A stretch of 64,000 nt of DNA from Scyliorhinus canicula (Eukaryota), in the NCBI RefSeq assembly GCF_902713615.1, contig NC_052164.1, positions 77,413,830-77,477,829 of the forward strand, in the 5' to 3' direction. The notes below the pieces were generated by a model. That model was not told where the DNA came from and did no database searches. It worked only from the letters and a program-made list of their open reading frames with translations. The position numbers were made by a program, and so were the translations under genes. Position 1 is the first letter of the stretch, and each line of letters opens with the position of its first letter. Shown piece after piece: positions 1 to 9,745 of the stretch.

Positions 1-161
1 CCGTACAGTGTAGAAGGAGGCCATTCAATTCATTGGGCGGGACTGTCCGACCCCCCGACGAGTCGGAGGATCGCCGGAGGTCGGCGCGTAATCTCCCGGT
101 CGGGTGGGCCGAAGTCCCGTCGACGTGACCACGGGTCACGCCGTAGTAAATTAATACACCT

Positions 162-217
162 TATATAACGGCGTCAACCAGTGCTGATGATTGACGCCGG
201 ACAGCGTGGAGGTAGGT
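162..217 (+). promoter_or_regulatory. Candidate TATA box and 5'-UTR exon splice donor of the Harbinger transposase transcript
   Basis: tatataa at 162-168; GAG|GTAGGT donor at 211/212; matching acceptor cccctgcag ending at 4960, 6 nt before ATG 4967. Confidence 0.45.
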
Positions 218-249
218 CACGGGGTGGGGTGGCCACAGGAGAAGTGACA

Positions 250-3200
250 GCGTGGCCGCAGTCTGTGTGGGGGAGGGGTGGTGTCTGGGGGGGTGAGGGG
301 GATGGTGAGAGGGGGGGAGTGAGAGGGGGATGAGGGGGGGTGAGGGGGAGGGGAGGCGAGTGCCGGGGAGGGGGGGAGAGGGTGATTGCCGGGGAGGGGG
401 GAGAGTGTGAGTGCCGGGGAATGGGGAGAGAGTGAGTGCCGGGGAGGGGGAGAGAGCGAGTGCCGGGGGGGGGGGGGGAAAGAGGGCAAGTGCCGGGGAG
501 GGGGGAGAGGGTGAGTGCCGGGGAGGGGGAAGAGGGCGAGTGCCGGGGAGAGTGAGTGCCCGGGAGGGGGAGAGGGTGAGTGCCGGGGAGAGGGTGAGTG
601 CCGGGAAGGGGGGAGAGGGCGAGTGCCGGGGAGAGGGTAAGTGCCGGGAGGGGGGAGAGGGTGAGTGCCGGGGAGAGGGTGAGTGCTGGGGAGGGGGAAG
701 AGGGTGAGTGCCGGGGAGGGGGGGAGAGAGTGAGTGCCGGGGACAGAGTGAGTGCCGGGAGGGGGGAGAGGGTGAGTGCCGGGGAGAGAGTGAGTGCCGG
801 GGAGGGGGAAGAGGGCGAGTGCCGGGGAGGGGAGAGAGGGTGAGTGCCGGGGAGAGAGTGAGTGCCGGGGAGGGGGGAGAGGGTGAGTGCCGGGGAGAGG
901 GTGAGTGCCGGGGATGGGGGGAGAGGGCGTGCCGGGGAGGGGGGAGAGGACGAGTGCCGGGGAGAGTGAGTGCCGGGGAGGGGGAGAGGGTGAGTGCCGG
1001 GGAGAGGGGTGAGTGCCGGGGAGGGGGGAGAGGGCGAGTGCGGGGGAGAGGGTAAGTGCCGGGAGGGGGAGAGGGTGAGAGATGGGGAGAGGGTGAGTGC
1101 CGGGGAGGGGGAAGAGGGTGAGTGCCGGGGAGGGGGGAGAGGGTGAGTGCCGGGGACAGAGTGAGTGCCGGGAGGGGGGAGCGGGTGAGTGCCGGGGAGA
1201 GGGTGAGTGCCGGGGAGGGGGAGAGGGTGAGTGCCGGGGAGAGGGTGAGTGCCGGGAGGGGGGAGAGGGCGAGTGCCGGGGAGAGGGTAAGTGCCGGGAG
1301 GGGGGAGAGGGTGAGTGCCGGGGAGAGAGGGTGAGTGCCGGGGAGGGGGGAAGAGGGTGAGTGCCGGGGAGGGGGGAGAGGTGAGTGCCGGGGACAGAGG
1401 AGTGCACGGGGAGGGGGGAGAGGGTGAGTGCCGGGGCGAGAGTGAGTGCCGGGGAGGGGAAGAGGGCGAGTGCCGGGGAGGGAGAGAGGGTGAGTGCCGG
1501 GGAGAGAGTGAGTGCCGGGGAGGGGGGAGAGGGTGAGTGCCGGGGAGAGGGTGAGTGCCGGGGATGGGGGGAGAGGGCGTGCCGGGGAGGGGGGAGAGGA
1601 CGAGTGCCGGGGAGAGTGAGTGCCGGGGAGGGGGGAGAGGTGGAGTTGCCGGGGAGAGGGTGAGTGCCGGGGAGGGGGGGAGAGGGCGAGTGCCGGGGGA
1701 GAGGGTAAGTGCCGGGAGGGGGAGAGTTGAGTGATGGGGAGAGGGTGAGTGCCCGGGGGACGGGGGAAGAGGGGTGGTGCCGGGGAGGGGGGAGAGGGTG
1801 AGTGCCGGGGACAGAGTGAGTGCCGGGAGGGGGGAGCGGGTGAGTGCCGGGGAGAGGGTGAGTGCCGGGGAGGGGGGAGAGGGCGAGTGCCGGGGTGGTG
1901 AGAGAGGAGAGTGCCGGGGAGAGGGTGAGTGCCGGGGAGGGGGAGAGGTTGAGTGCCGGGGAGAGGGTGAGTGCCGGGGAGGGGGGAGAGGACGAGTGCC
2001 GGGGAGGGGTAGAGAGTGAGTGCCGGGGAGGGGGGAGAGGGTGAGTGCCGGGGAGGGGGGGAGAGGGCGAGTGCCGGGAGGGGTCAGAGGGCGAGTGCCG
2101 GGGAGGGGGTAGAGGTGAGTACCGGGGAGGGGGGGAGAGAGTGAGTGCCGGGGAAGGGGGAGAGGGTGATTGCCGGGGAGGGGGGGTGAGGGTGAGTGCG
2201 GGGAGGGGGGAGAGGGTGAGTGCCGGGGAAGGGGGAGAGGGTGATTGCCGGGGAGGGGGGAGAGGGTGAGTGCCGGGGAGGGGGGAGGGGGTGAGTGCCA
2301 GGGAGGGGGGAGAGGGTGAGTGCCGGGGAGGGGGGAGAGAGTGTGAGTGCCGGGGAAGGGGGAGAGGGTGATTGCCGGGAGAGGGGGGAGAGGACGAGTG
2401 CGGGGAGAGGATGAGTGCCGGGGAGGGGGATGGATGATGCCGGGGGGAGGAGGAGGGGAGTGCGGGGGGGGGGAGGAGTGAGTGCCGGGGAGGAGGGAGA
2501 GGGTGAGTGCTGGGGAGGGGGGAGAGAGTGAGTGCCGGGGAGGGGGAGAGGGTAATTGCGGGGGGGGGGGAGAGGTGAGTGCCGGGGAGGGGGAGAGAGT
2601 GATTGCCGGGGAGGGGGGGAGGGTGAGTGGGGAGGGGGGAGAGAGTGAGTGCCGGGGAGGGGGGTGAGGGTGAGTGCTGGGAGGGGGGGGAGAGAGAGAG
2701 TGCCGGGAAGGGGGAGAGGGTGATTGCCGGGGAGGGGGGGGAGGGTGAGTGCCGGGGAGGGGGGAGAGAGTGAGTGCGGGAAGGGGGTGAGGGTGATTGC
2801 CGGGGAGGGGGAGAGGGTGATTGCCGGGGAGGGGGGAGAGAGTGAGTGCCGGGGAAGGGGGTGAGGTGAGTGCCGGGTAGGGGGGAGAGAGTGAGTGCCG
2901 GGGAAGGGGGTGAGGGTGAGTGCCGGGGAGGGGGGAGAGGGTGGGTGCCGGGGAGGGGGGAGAGGGTGGGTGCCGGGGAGGGGGGAGAGGGTGGGTGCGG
3001 GGAGGGGGGAGAGGGTGGGTGCGGGGAGGGGGGGGAGAGAGTGAGTGCGGGGAAGGGGGTGAGGGTGAGTGGCGGGGAGGGGGGAGAGAGTGAGTGCCGG
3101 GGAGGGGGGAGGGGAGGGTGGGTGCCGGGGAGGGGGGGAGAGGGTGAGTGCCGGGGAGGGGGGGTGAGGGTGAGTGCCGGGGAGGGTGGAGAGAGTGAGT

Positions 3201-4830
3201 GGGGAAGGGGGGGAGAGGGTGAGTGCGGAGGGGGGGGAGAGGGTGAGTGCCGGGGAGGGGGGAGAGGGTGAGTGCCGGGGAGGGGGGCGAGTGCCGGGGA
3301 GGGGGAGAGAGGGCGAGTGCCGGGGAGGGGGGAGAGGGTGAGTGCCGGGGAGGGGGGAGGGCGAGTGCCGGGGATGGGGGAGAGGGCGAGTGCCGGGGAG
3401 GGGGGAGAGGTGTGATTGCCGGGGAGGGGGGAGGGTGAGTGCCGGGGGAGGGGGGAGAGGGTGAGTGCAGGGGAGGGGGGAGAAGGGGTGATTGCGGGGA
3501 GGGGGGAGGGTGGGTGCCGGGGAGGGGGGGGAGGGTGAGTGCCGGGGAGGGGGGAGAGGGCGAATGCCGGGAAGGGGGAAGAGGACGAGTGCCGGGGAGA
3601 GGATGAGTGCTGGGGAGGGGGGAGAGAGGGAGTGCCGGGGAGGGGGGAGACGGGGAGTGCGGGGAGGGGGGAGAGGGTGAGTGCCGGGAAAAGGGGAGCG
3701 AGGGCGAGTGTTGGGAGGGGGGAGAGAGTGCTGGGGAGGGGGAGAGGGTGAGTGCCAGGGAGGGGGGAGAGGGTGAGTGCCGGGGAAGCGGGAGTGTGGT
3801 GTGAGTGCCGGGGAGGGGGAGAGGGTGAGTGCCGGGGAGGGGGGAGAGGGTGAGTGCCGGGGAGGGGGCGAGTACGGGGAGTGGGCGATTGCCGGGAAGG
3901 GGGGGATGAGTGCTGGGTAGGGGGGAGAGGGCGAGTGCCGGGGAGGGTGGACGAGGGCGAGTGCCGGGGAGAGGGTGAGTGCCGGGGAGGGGGGTGAGTG
4001 CCGGGGAGTGGGGAGAGGACGAATGCCGGGGAGAGGGTGAGTGCCGGGGAGGGGGGGTGAGTGCCGGGGAGGGGGGAGAGGACGAGTGCCGAGGAGAGGG
4101 TGAGTGCCGGGGAGGGGGGTGAGTGCCGGGGAGGGGGGAGAGGACAAGTGCCGGGGAGGGGGGAGAGGACAAGTGCCGGGGAGAGTGTGAGTGCGGGGAG
4201 GGGGTGAGTGCCGGGGAGGGGGGGAGAGGACAAGTGCCGGGGAGGGGGGAGAGAGTGAGTGCCGGGGAGAGGACGAGTGCCGGCGAGGGGGGAGAGGACG
4301 AGTGCCGGGGAGGGGGGAGAGGGTGAGTGCTGGGTAGGGGGGAGAGGGCGAGTGCGGGGAGGGTGGAGAGGGCGAGTGCCGGGGAGAGGGTGAGTGCCGG
4401 GGAGGGGGTGAGTGCCGGGGAGTGGGGAGAGGACGAATGCCGGGGAGAGGGTGTGAGTGCCGGGGAGGGGGGGGTGAATGCCGGGGAGGGGGGAGAGGAC
4501 GAGTGCCGGGGAGAGGGTGAGTGCCGGGGAGGGGGGTGAGTGCCGGGGAGGCGGGAGAGGACAAGTGCCGGGGAGGGGGGAGAGGACAAGTGCCGGGAGA
4601 GTGTGAGTGCCGGGGAGGGGGGTGGAGTGCCGGGGAGGGGGGGAGAGGACAAGTGCCGGGGAGGGGGGGAGAGAGTTGAGTGCCGGGGAGAGGACGAGTG
4701 CGGCGAGGGGGGGAGAGGATGAGTGCCGGGGTGAGGGAGTGAGTGACGGGGAGGGGTTGATTGCCGGGGAGGGGGGATGAGGACGAGTGCCGGGGAGAGG
4801 GTGAGTGCGGGGAGGGGGGAAGAGGACGAG
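250..4830. repeat. About 4.6-kb G/A-rich minisatellite; core GAGTGCCGGGGA, units about 16-26 bp (e.g. GGGGAGGGGGAGAGGGTGAGTGCC)
   Basis: Directly visible tandem array. The C-rich strand lacks stop codons, which explains the spurious 995-1572 aa Pro/Ser ORFs. Confidence 0.97.
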
Positions 4831-4966
4831 GTTGGTCATCCGCCTGGCCAGGTGTCTGCCTCCAACAGTCGCGCCCGTGCCAGCCCATGCCACCTGGCTG
4901 CGGGTAGGAGCGGGGGTTATGGGCAATGAATACATGTCGCGTCCCCCCCACCCCCTGCAGACCGTT

Positions 4967-6223
4967 ATGTTTGCTGATCAACCAGCGATGTTGCCCTGGG
5001 GTGGAGGAGGAGGAGGAGCGTGCACGGAGACGGCGCAGGCTGCCATAGAGGAGCATGCCGCAGAGGGGCATGTGGCAGCCGCCAGGCTGGAAGTCTGCCC
5101 GCCCGACGGGACGAGGAGGAGGAGGAGGTTGGTTGCGCCACGGACAATGGAGATACCCGAGGAGGCCCTGTGTGTACCGGCCCTTCTCATCGTACCGGGG
5201 ACCTTACGGACCAGGCATGCAGAGGACTCCGGATGAGCCAGGGAACCGTGGCCCACATCTGCCACCTGATGGCACACCTGGCACCGTGTGGCGCTGGGTG
5301 ACGACACCCCACTCACCGTGTCCGTCAAGGTTACGGTGGCCCTGAACTTTTATGCCATAGGGACATTCCAAGCGCCGAGTGGGGACCTATCCGGCATCTC
5401 GCAGCATCGGTTGCACCGGGTATCCGGGCAGTGGACAGACGCCCTATATACCATTGCAGGACCGCTACATCCAGTTCCCTATGAACCGGGCCAGCCAGGA
5501 TGCACAGGCAGCAGGCTTTGCGCCGTGGCCAGGTTTCCCATGGTCCAGGGGGCGATCAATGGGATGCACGTCACCGTGCGGCCACCTGCAGATAGCAGGG
5601 CCGTGTTCATCAATAGGAGGGGGACCTATTCCATGAAAATTGAGATGGTCTGCGACCACCGCATGATGATCCTGCACGTCTGCGCCCGGTACCCGGGAAG
5701 TGTACATGACTCATACGTATTGGCGCAGTCTTACATCCCCGGCATGTTCGAGGGACGCCACCTCCGGCTGAGGGGCTGGTTGCTGGGCGACAAGGAGTTA
5801 CCCGTTGCGGTCGTGGCTGATGACGACTATACGGAGGCCACAGACGTGACGCGGAGAACAGCTACAACGATGCCCATGCAGCGACCAGGGGTGTGATAGA
5901 GAGGTGCTTTGGCATGCTACAAATGCTGTTTCAGGTGCCTGGACGCCTCTGGAGGGGCCCTCCAGTACCCTCCAGATAGGGTTGACCGCATCGTTGTGGT
6001 CCTGCTGCGTCCTGCACAACATAGCCCAGCAGAGGGGCGATGTGCCGCAGGCAGAGGAGGGGGGAGTGGAGGAGCAGCAGGACGAGGCGCAGTCCTCCCC
6101 AGATGAGGAGGATGGGGCAATGATCAGGACAGACGGGCTGGACATGGGCGGGTGGCTGCCTACTGTTACCGGCTGGGCCAGCAGGCAAGGGACAGGCTGA
6201 TAGCCGCCCGGTTCATGAACTAG
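4967..6223 (+). pseudogene. Harbinger (HARBI1-like, DDE_Tnp_4) transposase pseudogene
   Basis: Motifs spread over shifted frames: DLTDQAC..LRMS..TVAHICHL, VKVTVALNFYA.G.FQ, GFPMVQGAINGMHV, FINRRG, CARYPGSVHDSYVL, GWLLGDK. Several frameshifts; first catalytic Asp (GAIDG) reads Asn. Confidence 0.92.
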
Positions 6224-8053
6224 GGGGTCATGAGAATCGCCGAGTATGGGTACAGACCACACACCACGGCACCAGCCGACCACCCTCACCCCCCCCCACA
6301 CACCCATCACCAACACCCTCGCCCCCGTCACCCACCCACCACCAACCACCCCCACCCCACCCGCATGCACACCACCCCTCCATTGCACATCCACCTGCGG
6401 CAAAACGGGCCGGGCTCACACGGTCGCCGGTGGAAGAGTGTCTATTGCAGGCCATGGAGGATGATGGCGACCCGCTCTGCGATGAGCTCCTGGCTCCACA
6501 TCATTGGCCAATGTCTGACCCATGGCCACCGTACAATCCTCCACCCGGACCATCCCTGCATGCGGCCGTGACACTGCAGCGCACGGTCCCGTCCTCTGCC
6601 CAGGGGGATGGCGAGGGCGACCAGGGGGGAGGGGGGGGCACACTCACCTGGGGCCAACGTAATACCACCCCTCACACACACACTGGCGCTCACCTCATAC
6701 CACACCCCCGCACACTTTGGACAGAGCACAAAGGCAGATTAGTATGTGTGAAGGTGATTTTAATGACAAACAGTCCATACACGTGCCCTAGCCCCTATAA
6801 CTCATCTGTGCCCTGCACCCGTGCCAACTTAATCTGTGTCCAATTGTTTGGCCTTACGGGCCCTTTGACTACGTCGAGGTAGTTCTCCAGACAGTAGAGC
6901 TGAACTGGAGGTGAACTCCTGAGATTCCTGCCCTGTGACTCGTGATCCCTTTGGTGACCGTTTCCTGGGGCGGCACGGTCGAGATGGGCCAGGCTATGGT
7001 TCGGGCAACTGGGAAGGCGAGCTGCCAGCCTGTCCTGCCCGTTGCCCACCAGATGCACCTGGGACAGAAGGGGGGGACTCCGAGGTGCAGCGGGCTTCCG
7101 GGACCTCCCCTACGGGGGACCCAGGACGGGCCCCAGCACCTCCTCCTCCCTTGGAATGCCCGGCAGCCCCCGGGCCTCTACATGGGTCGGGGGTGTGAAC
7201 GGACTGGCCATCCAACACCCCGACACCTGGCGCTGCCAGTCTTGGAGGCACGCCCTGGTATCGCCAAGGGTCTGCAAGTTTGCAGCCATGGAGCTCAGGG
7301 AGTTGGCATCTCTGCCTGTGTCTGGGCGACGGCGGAGAGCACATTGGCAATGGCGCCGATGCCCACAGCGATGGCCTGCAGAGACTGGGCCATGGCCTGC
7401 TGAGACAGGGCCACGGCATTGAGCGCCTCTGCCATCTGCCGCTGGCTCTGGCTTCCTGTGAGAGGGCAGCCATCTCCTGGGCCACAGACGCCGCCTGCAC
7501 GGAAAGCCCCAGGCCTTCACACTTCACACTGCTCCCCATGTCTGACACCGTCGCACCCATTGCCTCCACCGCAGATGCCACCCGTGCGGTTTCGGCCTGG
7601 GTGGCACGCATGACCGGCACCACTCCCAGCTCCTGGATGCAGGTGCACTCCTCCACAAGGGGCCGTCGCCCCCTTCGATCATCCCTAGTTCGGTGACTGC
7701 ATCGGGTCTATGGGTAGGTGTGGTAATTCCAGGAACCCGGGACCCTTCTGGGTGGCAGATGTTTGCTTGTGCCAGGATGCCCTACGACCTCCCGGCCCCT
7801 CTGCTGCTCCTACCTCCACCTGCTGTACCGGTACGGCTGTGTTGTGCGCACCAGTGAGTATACCAGAAGACTCATCGCTAAAGTGCCCAACGGCGGAGAG
7901 TGTCTCTGCGATGCTGGAGGGTGTTGGAGATAACAGTGACGTTGTGTCGTGAGCATCGTCCGACCCAGAATCCATGGGCTCCTGGGGCGGCGGTTCGTAT
8001 CCACCTGCCCGCTGTGTGTCACTGTCCTGTCTTTCGGTGTCATGTGTGTCGGT

Positions 8054-8523
8054 GTCCTGGGTAGGGGGGTCCTGGATAGTGGTGTCCCGGGTAGGGCTGT
8101 CCTGGGCAGGGGAGTCCTGGGTAGGGCTGTCCTGGTAGGGTGTCCTGGGCAGGGGAGTCCTGGGTAGGGCTGTCCTGGGTGGGGCTGTCCTGGGTAGGAG
8201 TGTCCCGGGTAGGGCTGTCCTGGTAGGGCTGTCCTGGGTAGGGCTGTCCTGGGTAGGGCTGTCCTGGGTAGGGCTGCCCTGGGTAGAGCTGTCCTGGGTA
8301 GGGCTGTCCTGGGTAGGGCTGTCCTGGGTAGAGCTGTCCTGGGTAGGGGTGTCCTGGGTAGGGGTGTCCTGGGTAGGGCTGCCCTGGGTAGGGTTGACCT
8401 GGGTAGGGCTGTCCTGGGTAGGGCTGTCCTGGGTAGAGCTGTCCTGGGTACGGCTGTCTTGGGTATGGCTGTCCTGGGTAGGGGTGTCCTGGGTACGGCT
8501 GTCCTGGGTAATGGTGTCCTGGC
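8054..8523 (-). repeat. 15-bp coding minisatellite (about 31 units, GTCCTGGGTAGGGCT on +) encoding (TQDSP)n in the Myb partner exon 3
   Basis: Directly visible; translated in ORF 7685..8572. Confidence 0.95.
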
Positions 8524-8769
8524 TCGGCTGCGACGGGGGCCTGTGGCTGCCCCCCTCGTCGCTGGGTGTCACACGCTAGCGTCGCCGCACCCGCACGAGA
8601 AGGGGGCGTTGTCTCCGTGCTGCTCCGGGCCTGTCCCAGTCTCGTGGCCGCCCTGGGGCATCGTGTGGGCAACGCATGCCGGAGGGGCCGGGCCTGTCCC
8701 TGTCTCTTGGCTGTCCAGGGGCATCCTGCAATACACAATACAGCATACATGGTTAGACACGCGGGCGAT

Positions 8770-8882
8770 GATGGGGGGAGCTGGGGGATATGGGGGAGGG
8801 GGGATATGGGGGAAGGGGGATATGGGGGATATGGGGGAGGGGGTTTATGGGGGGGATTGGGGAGGATATGGGGGGAATGGGG
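8770..8882. repeat. (ATATGGGGGR)n-like short tandem repeat in the Myb gene intron
   Basis: Repeated atatggggg units between predicted exons 2 and 3. Confidence 0.8.
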
Positions 8883-9745
8883 ACGGGCCGTGGGTGGCAC
8901 ACTTGCTGGTGGGCCCCCGACCTCTGCATCAGCAACCCCCCGGGTCCTGTGGTCCGCCTTTCAGTTCCAGGGCCCTCTCCTCATGAACAGTGAGTGGTCT
9001 TTCATCAGCTGTGCCCCCTCCGGTCCTCTCACGCTCCCTGTTGTTGTGGGTGTGCTTCTCCTGTTTGGGGGGTGGGGGGGGGGGGGGGGGCAAGCATAAA
9101 GGGCAACAGTGTTAGGCAGGGATATACATACATGCCAGTGGTTGTGCGTACATTGGCATAGGTACGCAGCACATTAGGGTTAGGGTTGTTTGCACCTGGG
9201 GATATGCCGCACATCGGAGGGGGGGGGTACTCACCCTGGCTGCCCTGACGAGGTCATTCACCTTCTTGTGGCATTGTGCGCTTGTCCTTGGTTTACAGCC
9301 ACAGCGCTGACGGCCTCTGCAACCTCCCTCCATAGGTGCTGGCTGAGGCGTGAGGCAACCCTGCGGCCATGTCCGGGGTATAAGGCCTCCCTCCTCTGCT
9401 CTACTGCCTCCAGCAGCGCCTCGATGTTGCACTCCTGGAACCTCGGGGCTGCACGGGCGGGTGGCCATCTTGTCGGGGGGACGGGTGCGTCTTTTGAGCT
9501 GTGACGCCGCCTGGCGTCAATGACGCCGTGCGTCCGCGGCGGGTGGCGCCATCGCGAATGGCGTCACGCTGCTTCTAGCCCATTCCGGGCCGGAGAATTT
9601 GCGCCGTTTGGGGGGGCCCGACGCCAGAGTGATCTGCACCGTTTTTGGCGCTGGTTCCCGGCCATCGCGGCGATTATCGGATAATCCCACCCATTGAGTC
9701 GGCACCTACCCTCTGAAAGAAAAACCTACCTAGGCCCACTCCCCT

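Larger units (their letters stand above)
6860..9468 (-). pseudogene. Harbinger Myb/SANT-like DNA-binding partner gene; exons about 9468-9235, 9060-8903, 8725-6860; frameshifted
   Basis: AAPRF..NIEALLEAVEQRREALYP...WREVAEAVSAV...QCHKKVNDLVRAAR then GTGAGT donor at 9234; cag|EKHTHNNRERERTGGG...EERALEL exon; low-complexity exon 3 (ORFs 7685..8572 and 6994..7656). Confidence 0.85.
35..9692 (+). mobile_element. Full-length PIF/Harbinger DNA transposon, non-functional; convergent transposase and Myb/SANT genes
   Basis: Left TIR gggcgggactgtccga (35-50) vs reverse complement of the right end gggtgggattatccga (9677-9692): 13/16, all transitions. 3-bp duplication ATT at 32-34 and 9693-9695. The flanks rejoin into one antisense CR1/SINE-tail sequence (gaaggaggccattc...attgagtcggcacc). 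Confidence 0.9.

Noticed and set aside
250-4830. CRISPR-like or telomeric array
   Set aside because: No unique spacers, no cas genes, no TTAGGG; vertebrate context.
174-5071. Three giant Pro/Ser/His-rich minus-strand ORFs (995-1572 aa), extensin/mucin-like
   Set aside because: All three frames are open because the C-rich minisatellite strand cannot form stop codons; there is no domain, and the array lies inside a transposon.
4967-6223. Domesticated host HARBI1 gene
   Set aside because: Frameshifts, a mutated catalytic Asp, and flanking TIRs with TSD show a transposon copy.
8040-8900. (GQPYP)n annexin/galectin-like ORF
   Set aside because: Alternative frame of the 15-bp TQDSP repeat; the Myb gene context supports the TQDSP frame.
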